64,000 bases of DNA from Nemertoderma westbladi (Eukaryota; Animalia; Xenacoelomorpha), in the NCBI GenBank assembly GCA_032718475.1, contig JAUCBJ010001981.1:13716-77715 (forward strand), in the 5' to 3' direction. The translations under genes and the position numbers were made by a program. The notes below the pieces were generated by a model. That model did no database searches. It was given only the letters and a program-made list of their open reading frames with translations, and was not told the DNA's origin. Below, piece after piece: positions 26,301-38,300 of this stretch. Each line of letters opens with the position of its first letter. Positions within the stretch are counted from its first letter, which is position 1.

Positions 26301-29300
26301 AGGAACAAAATAGGTTGGCAAACATACCACTGGGAATACATGGAATCTTACACAGGAACAAAATAGGTCGGCAAACATACCACTGGGAATACATGGAATC
26401 TTACACAGGAATAACAAACATACCACTGGGAATACACGGAATCTTACACAGGAACAAATTAGGTTGGTAAACATACCACTGGGAATACATGGAATCTTAC
26501 ACAGGAACAAAATAGGTTGGCAAACTTACCACGGGAATACACGGAATCTTACACAGGAACAAAATAGGTTGGCAAACATACCACTGGGAATACACGGAAT
26601 CTTACACAGGAACAAAATAGGTTGGCAAACATACCACTGGAAATACATGGAATCTTACACAGGAATAACAAACATACCACTGGGAATACACGGAATCTTA
26701 CACAGGAACAAAATAGGTTGGCAAACATACCACTGGGAATACACGGAATCTTACACAGGAACAAAATAGGTTGGCAAACATACCACTGGAAATAACGGAA
26801 TCTTACACAGGAACAAAATAGGTTGGCAAGCGTACCACTGGAAATACATGGAATCTTACACAGAAACAAGATAGGTTGGCAAACATACCACTGGGAATAC
26901 ACGGAATCTTATACAGGAACAAAATAGGTTGGCAAACATACCACTGGAAATAACGGAATCTTACACAGGAACAAAATAGGTTGCAAGCATACCACTGGGA
27001 ATACACGGAATCTTACACAGGAACAAAATAGGTTGGCAAACATACCACTGGGAATACATGGAATCTTACACAGGAACAAATTAGGTTGGCATATAGGATA
27101 AATAAGATGGCAAATAGGATACCACCTGGAATACACATTTCACAGCTCCTATAGCGAACCTTTTCTTTTTTTTATTTGTTTTTCATGTCTAACTGTTTGG
27201 TTTTATTTTTTAGGGCTAGGGCAACCCAAATTGCATTGGATGATGCAAGACAGACACTGGCGGACCAATCGGCTGTTGAAAGGCGAGAAATTGAGAAAAA
27301 CAAGGAGAGTTTGTTGGTGGAACAGAGAGAATTGATGCAGCAGATGTACAAGGAGAGACGGGAATTAGCTGAGGAAAGAGCGAGATTGATCGCCTTGAAA
27401 ACTGATCAGGTTAGTGGAGGGAAAGCGGGAGTGGAGAGTGGAGGACAAAGCGTTATTTATTGACTTGAAAGCATTGGAAAGAATGGTATTTATTGAAGAA
27501 ATAGCGTGATTGATTGCATTTTAGAATTATGAGGGGTGAGGTACTGGTACATATGGAACTGAGTGAGATTGTGGGAGATGTACAATGAAAGAGTTGAGTG
27601 TGATGCATAATAATCAGATGGGGTTGAAATTGTTTTTGCTCAAATTAGAAGGATTCCTCACCAGTTACATATGTTATTAAATGTCATCAATGATTGATAT
27701 TTGTTTTATTTTGTTACTCTGCAGAAGAAATTAATGGATGATGAAAGTTCACGTTATTCCGTAACAGAAGCTCATTTAGAAGGAACATTGAAGGCGATAG
27801 GAAGGGAACAGGAAAGTTTAGCCAATCAGCTGGCCGATCTGCGAGTTCAAAAGGAACAACTCGAAACAGATAAAAAGTTAGAGCGAAAAGTTGCAATGAA
27901 TATATATCACTAAAATATCACTGCCACTTTTATAAGTTGTTATATTATGTTATTGTTGAGGATACAGTTACATAATTATATTAATTAATTATCGTAGGCC
28001 ATTTACGATAATTTAATTTATTTTCATATGAACAAGATGAAAAATTTCTTCATTATTATTAAACCCGTTTAACACGTTAGTGTGGGAGCAAAACCATGTG
28101 TTGGGCCGTTAATGCGTTATGTGCACCGGTGCGCATTGTATGGCATTCCTGCTTGTGCGAACATAAATTCCTTGGTTTTGACACTTGGTGCGATTTGCGC
28201 ACCATTTTAATCATTGGAGTTAATTGTTTCGCATACTATTTTCGGACATTTAAACTGTCCATTGTTTGTCTTTTTTTCTGTTCGTCACAGCAAAAACTTT
28301 GATGCCATAAAGTCTGGCTACATTTGCACTACTTTTTTTTTATTTGAAATGCCTGTGTCACCGCAAATATGATCAAATTGTTTTTGCCCTACTTTTTGTA
28401 ATAATTATAGGAATCTGATATTAATTAACGACCCCCAGGTGTTTAACTTTGTACGTACGTACGATACAATGCACTCTGAAGGTTAGGCCTCTTTCATAGT
28501 TCCTGTCGCCAATGAGAATCTGGCTACTGCTATTTTGTTATATTTTACGTTGCATTCTAATAACAATAGCGTATTTCTTGGTAAGTGTAACTGATTATAT
28601 TACACCTTACACCTGATCACTTCAAATTTCTCATTGAAACATTGCAATGACCTCATATTTGAGCTCCGGTGCTCATAACAACATTTGACACAAACTGGGC
28701 TTTGGGCACCGGTGCGCATTCCGCATTAGTTATTTCCTGTGTGACATAAGTTGACGCCATGGAAACCATATATGACGTCAGTTTTTTATAAAAAAAATGA
28801 CGTATGAATTACGTCACTATACACATCCGCACTACGGGTAAACACTAATTTTTCCACCCACATTTCAGGACTGCACAAGGAATGCGCACCGGTGCTCAAA
28901 CCGCATTTTCTATCCGATTGGCTATCCGATTAACGGGAATGTTTGAAATGCGCACCGGTGCCCATTTTGCACTAAACGTGTTAAACTGAACTTATTTTTA
29001 ACAATTTTAATATTTCTTCTCAGCGGATGCAGAATGTTAAAAGTTCTAGCTACTTCATTTTGTTCTTTCCAGGAACTTAGAGATTGAAAGACAGACTTTA
29101 GATTCTATGAAAGTACATCTCCAACAGCAAGATGTTGACCTGAAGAATAGACTGCGAGAAATTAACGACACTGCTGAAAGCGTCCAGGCGGCTCGAAAAC
29201 AGTCCGCAGAAGCAGTGAGTGAAGCTAAACGAATAGAAAGCGAATACACACAGAGAATGGACTCAATTGCTCAGCAAATACAACTCCTTAGGTTAGCTTG

Positions 29301-32300
29301 GGTCTCAATCCAAATTATTTTACTGGTAAAATAAAGCTTATTTTTGTGATACATAATGTGAAGGCCTACCAACATTATTATTTTGTAATATTAAACATAA
29401 AAGTCGAACAGCTGTAAACATTATTTTCATGAATATTTTTTCATATTACATTATTATATATATAATTTTGAATATCTTTCAAATAATTTGTATTACAGAT
29501 ATTTACTGTAAACTAATATACAGTGTCTGTAATGTAATTTACGTCGATCGGTACGACCTGCATTAAGGTAGACATCCTACACACATGTACTACATACACC
29601 CTTCCCCACCGGCCACCCCAATTACTTATATTATAGGCAGCTACAGTTAGCTAATTATTACTAATTACTTTACTAATTAATGATGAACCGGAGAAGATCC
29701 ATCCAAATCATTAGCTCCCTTCACTTTGCATCACATAAAGACTTATTTCTATTTTGTTTTTTATTACTCTTTTTTTTGTTTCCAGGGAAACAGAGAGGCA
29801 CATCATGCAGGAGCGTTTATCGTTGGCCAAAGACAAGAAACTCCTTGAATCCTGTAAAGATGAGTTGCTCTGCTACAAATGTGGTAAAGCGATGAAAGAC
29901 CGCGGAGGATTCGCAGATCATTTTATTGGACAAGATGGTATGTAATGAGGGGCGAGCCATCTAAACTGGCGTATATTTTACACATAAGTATGTATTATTA
30001 TTTATTTTTTTTAATTTTATCTGACTGATAGTTCAGTTATGGAAACTTGAAGATAATAATAGACCCCCCCCCCCCCCCCCCCCCCTACCGGCTATGCAGT
30101 AAAAATACCAAAATACACCATAAAAACGAAAGTAACACATTTTTTAGTTCGTAACTTTTTTTGCAGCTATTTCTGGTTCCTATATCGGTGGCATGTACCC
30201 CGCAAATACATCCAAGTTGGCATGGCAACCAAATACGGGCAATGTTGGAGGTTCCGACGGACAGACTAATGTACCAGCGGAGAGGCCCTTGTCACTAGAC
30301 CGAGGTGGGTGAACTAATAAAATAATATTGTAGCTAGTACTATGGATAGCAGTTTGGGGCTTACTCTTGTTCTTAATAACCGTTTGTAATTTCTTATTGA
30401 ATAACACCAACACTGTCCTGTTCTTTAGTGTAATACCAGTAATGTAGTATCCAACGTTATTGCAATACGCCATCCATTTTTCTTTCTTCCTTATTTTGAA
30501 GCGATTTGTTACTCTGGTGTGCTGAACCGGTCGCAATGGCACCTTCGGGGGGGGGGGGGGGGGGGGGGGGGCTGCTGAATCTCACGTTGACATTCTAGAC
30601 TTTGTTTTTCGTGAAATATATCTAACTAACATTGCGTCGCATTCGGCACCACAAGTTTGCCTATATAATAGTGCGAATGGTCTACACATACTATTCAATA
30701 ATTAATTGTTGGCACACTAAATCTATATCCATTGCGCTCTAGTCTATGGGTTTAAGTATTGCATTCATTGTGTCAAATATTTAATATTATAATTTATTGT
30801 GATATGAGATTAAATACAGTATACATAGAAAATCTATATACATTATTTGTATTTATATTTTACAATTAAATCATTGGTAGTTATGGTTATGGTTTGGGAT
30901 TAATGTTTACTATCTTAGTGTCTTTGAATTAAAATTAATAATAATATTATATTAATAGTGTTTTTAAAATGTATGTAGCAGAAATTCTCCATAAATAACA
31001 TATAAAATATATAATGGAAACTCTTAATCACATCAATGTTTCGGAACATTTATACCCTGTATTGGTTTGTGTATCTGTTACCATGGTTGTATTTATTGGC
31101 TGCGTTATGTGTTTTAAGCGGCGGCGACACCGACGCCGGGTGAGACGACGTTCTCCCGTCCCTCCATCCGAATGGTGTCACTTCCCAACGCCATCTAGCG
31201 GAGTTACCCAGATAATTGATTCAGCCTTGTTACCACCGTTACGGACCTGCAGCAACCCGTCAATCGGCGAATTTTTATTGGTTCGGAGCGAATCTGATTT
31301 ACCGGTACCAAATCGTACCGTATCTGATTTACCGGTACCAAATCGTACCGTATCGGATTTACCGGTACCAAATCGTACCGTATCGGATTTACCGGTACCA
31401 AATCGTACCGTATCGGATTTACCGGTACCAAATCGTACCGTATCTGATTTACCGGTACCAAATCGTACCGTATCTGATTTACCGGTACCAAATCGTACTG
31501 GATCGGATTCACCGATACCAAATCGTACCGTATCGGATTTACCGGTACCAAATCGTACAGTATCGGATTTACCGGTACCAAATCGTACCGTATCTGATTT
31601 ACCGGTACCAAATCGTACTGGATCGGATTTACCGATACCAAATCGTACTGGATCGGATTCACCGATACCAAATCGTACCGTATCGGATTTACCGGTACCA
31701 AATCGTACTCGATCGGATTTACTGGTACCAAATCGTACCGTATCGGATTTACCGGTACCAAATCGTACTCGATCGGATTTACTGGTACCAAATCGTACTG
31801 GATCGGATTTACCGATACCAAATCGTACCGTATCGGATTTACCGGTACCAAATCGTACTCGATCGGATTTACTGGTACCAAATCGTACCGTATCGGATTT
31901 ACTGGTACCAAATCGTACCGTATCGGATTTACCGGTACCAAATCGTACCGTATCGGATTTACCGGTACCAAATCGTACCGTATCGGATTTACCGGTACCA
32001 AATCGTACCGTATCTGATTTACCGGTACCAAATCGTACCGTATCGGATTTACCGGTACCAAATCGTACCGTATCTGATTTACCGGTACCAAATCGTACCG
32101 TATCGGATTTACCGGTACCAAATCGTACCGTATATGATTTACCGATACCAAATCGTACCGTATCGGATTTACCGGTACCAAATCGTACCGTATCGGATTT
32201 ACTGGTACCAAATCGTACCGTATCTGATTTACCGGTACCAAATCGTACCGTATCGGATTTACTGGTACCAAATCGTACCGTATCTGATTTACCGGTACCA

Positions 32301-35300
32301 AATCGTACCGTATCGGATTTACCGGTACCAAATCGTACCGTATCGGATTTACCGGTACCAAATCGTACCGTATCGGATTTACCGGTACCAAATCGTACTC
32401 GATCGGATTTACCGGTACCAAATCGTACTGGATCGGATTCACCGATACCAAATCGTACCGTATCGGATTTACCGGTACCAAATCATACTGGATCGGATTT
32501 ACCGGTACCAAATCGTACCGTATCGGATTTACCTGTACCAAATCGTACCGTATCGGATTTACCGGTACCAAATCGTACAGTATCGGATTTACCTGTACCA
32601 AATCGTACCGTATCGGATTTACCGGTACCAAATCGTACCGTATCGGATTTACCGGTACCAAATTGTACCGTATCGGATTTACCGGTACCAAATCGTACCG
32701 TATCGGATTTACCGGTAGCAAATCGTACCGTATCGGATTTACCGGTACTGAATCGTACCGTATCGGATTTACCGGTACCAAATCGTACCGTATCGGATTT
32801 ACCGGTACCAAATCGTACCGTATCTGATTTACCGGTACCAAATCGTACCGTATCGGATTTACTGGTACCAAATCGTACTCAATCGGATTTACCGGTACCA
32901 AATCGTACCGTATCGGATTTACCGATACCAAATCGTACTCGATCGTATTTACCGGTACCAAATCGTACTCGATCTGTTTTTCCGTCACCAACTTCTTCTA
33001 CTGGATTTCTTCTTCCGGGTCCGTTTCAGCCCCATTTGAGGAGTAACTCCTCTCGTCTCTTCGATATCTACCCGGACTGCAGCAATCGATCCCCTACAGA
33101 TATGTCGTTGCCTAGCTACGACCAATCACCTCCCCCAGTGTATACGCCCGCGGAGTTGCCTAACTCACCCGCCCCATCCTACACATCGGATTGGTTGGAA
33201 ATAAGTGAAAACCGTTCTAGAACAGCAACCGAACTCTCACAGTCCCTGCTGTGAGACTGAGAATACAGTAATAATTATTGGTTTAATTATAAATTAGCTA
33301 CTTTGAAATTAAATAGTAAAACTGTGCAATTCACTCAGATATTTTATTTATTTAGAGGAATTTAATATATTTTCAGTTATTTCCCGAGATTATAATGCGT
33401 GTCATACAACTGTATTTGATTGGCCCAGATACCAGACTTTCTGCTGTTATTTCACTTTGCATTTACCCCCATATGAAGAATACCAGGTTTTCACTAAAAA
33501 CACAGGTTACAGAAGGGTTGAAACTAACCAAAACAACAAACGAATTAGTATATGTACAGGTCATAAGACAGAGATAAGCGCTATAAAACACTTCCAGTAA
33601 AGATAAATAAAAAAAATAAAAATTCTTCATAGATATAATTCCAATAGAATTTCGTCCGAAAAGTGAAAACCTGGTATTCATCACATGGGCGATGTGATTG
33701 CTGAGAAGTTAACTTTCACTTTTCATTTTATTTATTCGCTTATCGTGTCGCCGTCACAGGACGTGGTTATGTTAATATTATTTTTTTATACTTCTTGTGC
33801 GACGAACACATGCGCAGAAAGTTTGTTAGTGCAATACACGGTCGTATATCACACTTAATCATAGTAGGCCTCGACATGCGCCCAGTGAAGAATACCAGGA
33901 TTTGACTTTTCGGTTGACTTTTTATTGGAATTTTTTTTACATATGAAGATTTTTTATTTTTTTTTATTTATCTTTATCAAGTGTTTTATAGCGCTTGGTG
34001 GGATAAATATTTCTCCATTTGACGCAACACCGCCGCGGCCGCTATGAGGGAGGTGAATACCGCGGCCGCTCCTAAAGCCGCAGGCCATCGCTAACTATAT
34101 AGGTTAACTTGGGATTCTGGGGGACTTTTCGATGAAGGAACTGACCAATTTTTTTTATTTTCGCACCAGGGGAGCGGCTCGGAATTCTAAGATATTAGCA
34201 ACTCTAACATTAATAAATCTAACCCTTCGACGGACACGGCGGACAAAAATCCGTCATTTTTTCGACAATTTTAAAATTTTTTTGAAAGGCGCTCTACAGT
34301 GGCTCGAAAAAACCCTAGGTTATTGCTTAGCCGACGCCGGGATACCATAGAAGGGATTAATTAGTGAATTCGTTTTTTTTTTCAAAAAAGATTACCACGC
34401 CTTTTTTGAAAAAACGGACAAAATGACTTTGCGGGATCCGCTATAACTCGGCTAATATTAATCGTACGGGGACAAAAGTAACGCGGTTGGAAAGGGGAAG
34501 AGTGGTACTACCTTCGTATCGAATGGGGGTAAGATATTTATTAAAATTTCGGGTGGAAAAAGGGGCTGTAAATTTGTACGTTTTTGTTCGTCTTTTTTGG
34601 AAAACTTATTTCCGAAATGTTTAATTCGACAACGCGGGTAGGAATCCACTAATTCTTTTATGAAACTCGTAGAAGACCATTGGGGCTACGTTCCTATCGA
34701 ATGGGGGTACAAAAAATATGTCGGCAATAGGGGCCAAAAAGAGCCAGAATTTGTAAAGTAGTTCTTATCGAATAATTTTTTATTTTTAACTTTAGTTGGT
34801 TAAGGTACATTCTATACAGTCAATATCCATACGGGGAATTCAAATATGCTATATAAAATGCTTCAAATATGCTATACAAATATGCTTCAAACTTGCTTCG
34901 CGGGAAATCGTCTAGCTCAAAAACTACTTAACTTACGGGAGATTTGTTTACACAGACTTATAGTGCGTTAAATTATCTATCTAACAGCGTTAATCACAGC
35001 GCCGGAGGTATTATAAAACTGGAGCGGCAGGCGATCGTGTGAAATATAATATTTATAAAAAGGGACGAAAAATTTTTTTTTTTAACAAATCGCTATTCCA
35101 TTACAATTTAGCGTATTGCGCCAAAAGTACCTGTAAAAAGTATCAAATTAACTCCGCTATCTTTTATCTTAACATATATAATTAAAATTACGAATTTTAA
35201 GGGTCGAAAAATATCGCGTTATTTTGGCCCTTTTTTTTAATTTTTTTGGGGCCAAAAATAACCCCTTCTCAAAAGATTAAGAAAAAAATTACGGCAAAGA

Positions 35301-38300
35301 ATATACCAATTTTATTGAATTTGGACCACCAGAACCGAAGTTAGAGCGATTTTAGTTAAAAAATAAAAATAATTTTTTTTGCAAATAAATTAAGAATGGT
35401 CAGGTCAATATTGGATTTCGAACCCGCGAACTTAGGTTTCATTAACGTGATTGATAACCACTAGACTATGTGACCAAGAGAATATCAAATTTTCGAGTGA
35501 CTATTTTTAAACATCAATAACTTCGGTTCTACAGGGCCGTTTAATCTGAAACTTTTTTCATTGGATAGAGGATAGTTGTAGTGTGTGAAATAGGATAAAA
35601 CTTGGGAAAAGACTTATGTGCACTTAGTGCAAAATGCACTTAAATAGTGAACATTTTTTCGATATTTCAAACACTGTTATTTCCAGTTCTATTCATCGTA
35701 GAATATTATTTTTTGGATTAAAATGTAGTTTGGAATGATTTCTAACTATAATCGTAACATTAGTTTAACTTTTTATGTCTATAAAGTGACTTAAAAATGT
35801 CCATGAATATGGTCTAAAATCGCAAATCCAGATTTATTAAATTGGATTTTTGACACTTTTAGCGACTGACACTTGATCATACACCATCGTAGATCGGTAG
35901 AGGATAAACATAAGTTTGTTAAATAAGAGCCACCATTACGATCTGATAAAGTGCACTTGTACAAATAAGTGTGCAAAAGTGCAAATTTTTTAATAAGGTC
36001 AAATTATATAGTATTGGGTTCTTTTCTTTGCAGATACTTTATTTTCATATTAATATGTTGTTTGAACCTTACTGAGCGCATTAGGGGATATGCGTACAAA
36101 TAACCGGCCCTTATGAGGCTTCGATTGGGTAAATTAATAAAACATAAGGTTGTATAGTATTAGTATATTATATATTATTATTATGTATAGTATATTCTAA
36201 AAACCAGTGTGATATTAAATGCACTTTAAATAATAAATATAAATCAAATAACAATTGGACCACACAATTAAAAACTCGCACAATTTTGTACTTATTATAT
36301 CGCTTCAAATTAATTCAACAGTGGATATTTGTGGGAAGGGGGAAGTTACAGTGTGCATTCGGGGGAAGTTTGGTGAACTGCATTTATGCAGTGAATCCAA
36401 ACTTCCCCCTTTGATTTATCATATACTTAAGACATGCTAGGGTGACGGGGAAATATTTGTTACTGTCACACTTTGCTTCCATTTATCCTATCCTTTATTA
36501 TTACCCCAGTCAGATAAGAGATAATAAATCAGTAAAAACTAAACTAAACTGTCTTTCATGCAAACAAATTTCTAACTAAAGACGGGTGAATGACCATGAC
36601 CATGGAAATAATTTTAAATATAATTGTATATCAACTATTTGGGGAGGCTTCCAAGTTAAACCCGAAAACAATTATTTTGTTACATATAATATAGTAAATA
36701 ACGTTGTATGTTCTTCTTCCTCTCATAATAAAATATAAATGAAATATCTCAGATAGCTATGCCCTGTAACATTTCACAACCAAAATATTTAAGTGTGAAA
36801 AGTGTAGGCCTACCACACTCCGCCCAAACAACCGCAAACGCATAGCCAACAAATTTAACAAAAGGTTACATACATGTTGGGTTCATGACGAGATGAGTGA
36901 AAATTGATCGCGTAATATAAAGTAAAAAATTAAGAGACGGGCTGGCTCCCCTCCACTTTCTTACCCAATGGATATGTTGTTGTAATAATCTAATATTGGG
37001 GCGGCTTTCTCTCGTTTCTGTCTTATAACCTGTACATATACTAATTCGTTTATTGTTTTGGTTAGATTCAGACCTTCCGAAACCTGTGTTTTTGATGAAA
37101 ACCTGGTATTCTTCACATGGGGGTAACTGCAAAGTGAAATATAAAGGCAGAAAGTCTGGTATTCTTCACATAGGCCTCGACATGTGCGCTACAGTCTACT
37201 ATTAGTTGTGTATACACAACAGTATTGCAGGTTTCCTTGATAGACAAGAGCCGTTATATTATAAACATTCTATATTTAGTAGAACAATTCATTTTAGTAA
37301 ATTTTTTTATATACTTTTAATACTTTATAATATTATTATTATTATTATTATTATTATCGTACATGAAACAATAACCTTACAATTATTGCAGAGTACAGAC
37401 CTAACTACAGAGACTCTAGCACAAAAAAAAGAATAATAATTAAAGTAAGTAGATTTAAAAAATTCCAAATGTATGCTGTCAAATAAATCTCAAATCGCAC
37501 GAAAGAAAGAATAATGTTAGTTAATATGCCGCTATAAATTCCAACATTGAGCGCAAATCGTCGTAACAGAAGTCATTAACCACAACAACATCACCAGATA
37601 AGATGTTACATAATTCAATACATGCATTAACTCTCATATGTAAAGTTACTCAAATAAACTCCTTATTCAGTCAGGGGTTTGTTTACTGAAAATCTTCATT
37701 TTCATGGTTATATTTATTAGTACGCGTTCGCTTCGTTGTATATAAAGGAGCTCTTTATACACTGAAGTAGTGAGTGAGTGCTAATAAAGCAACCGGAATG
37801 CCAACACTGTTAAGTATTTTGCAATAATGCGGCCTCAGTTAGTTGTAGGCAGGCATATTATGTTCATTCGTGGCTTTATTCTACTGTAAACTTTGCATTT
37901 TCTAATGACTGCAGATGAAAAGCTGATAAATAGGATAAAAGTAACTTTATTGTTTAATAACTGTGATATTTTCGATTTTATTCTAAGAATTGAGGTGCAT
38001 TAATATATGTATTGAAGTAAAAATAACGGATTGAAGACCTAGAAGGTTTTAGTAGCAGGTATATTGATTAGCTCTGTTTGAGTTTACTGTAGGCCTATGT
38101 GAAACAAACTGCCAGAGGTGTAGCGAGGGGGGGGGGATGTTCCCCCGGACGCACTCACCCGGGGGCGCTGAAATTGCCGGCAAATATCAGGGTATTCTTG
38201 TAAAAATATGACAAATCAGTGAAAATTCAGAGATTGTGATACAGTATACACAGGACATGTGTCATAAGCGAAAAATGTAAAAAATTTCTCTACTCGCTTC

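Noticed and set aside
6983-27090. CRISPR-like arrays
   Set aside because: Units are head-to-tail with no unique spacers, there are no cas genes, and the context is spliceosomal introns of an animal gene.
23129-27136. Dozens of 60-117 aa ORFs (ANIPLGIHGILHRNK etc.)
   Set aside because: By-products of the 53/43-bp repeat; they recur at the repeat period, and most lack an ATG.
30971-31013. Nested ORF as an alternative FBF1 terminal exon via the acceptor-like tagcag at ~30981
   Set aside because: Splicing from exon 15 (phase 1) reaches TAA before the ATG at 31014.
31204-32991. 595-aa antisense ORF and 500-aa alternative-frame ORF
   Set aside because: They are open only because the 30-bp unit lacks stops in those frames, and they have no meaningful unique flanks, unlike 31014-33254.
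35405-35480. tRNA gene
   Set aside because: Only a B-box-like motif (minus-strand gggttcgaaatcc) and a weak A box; no intact cloverleaf, so at most a SINE relic.
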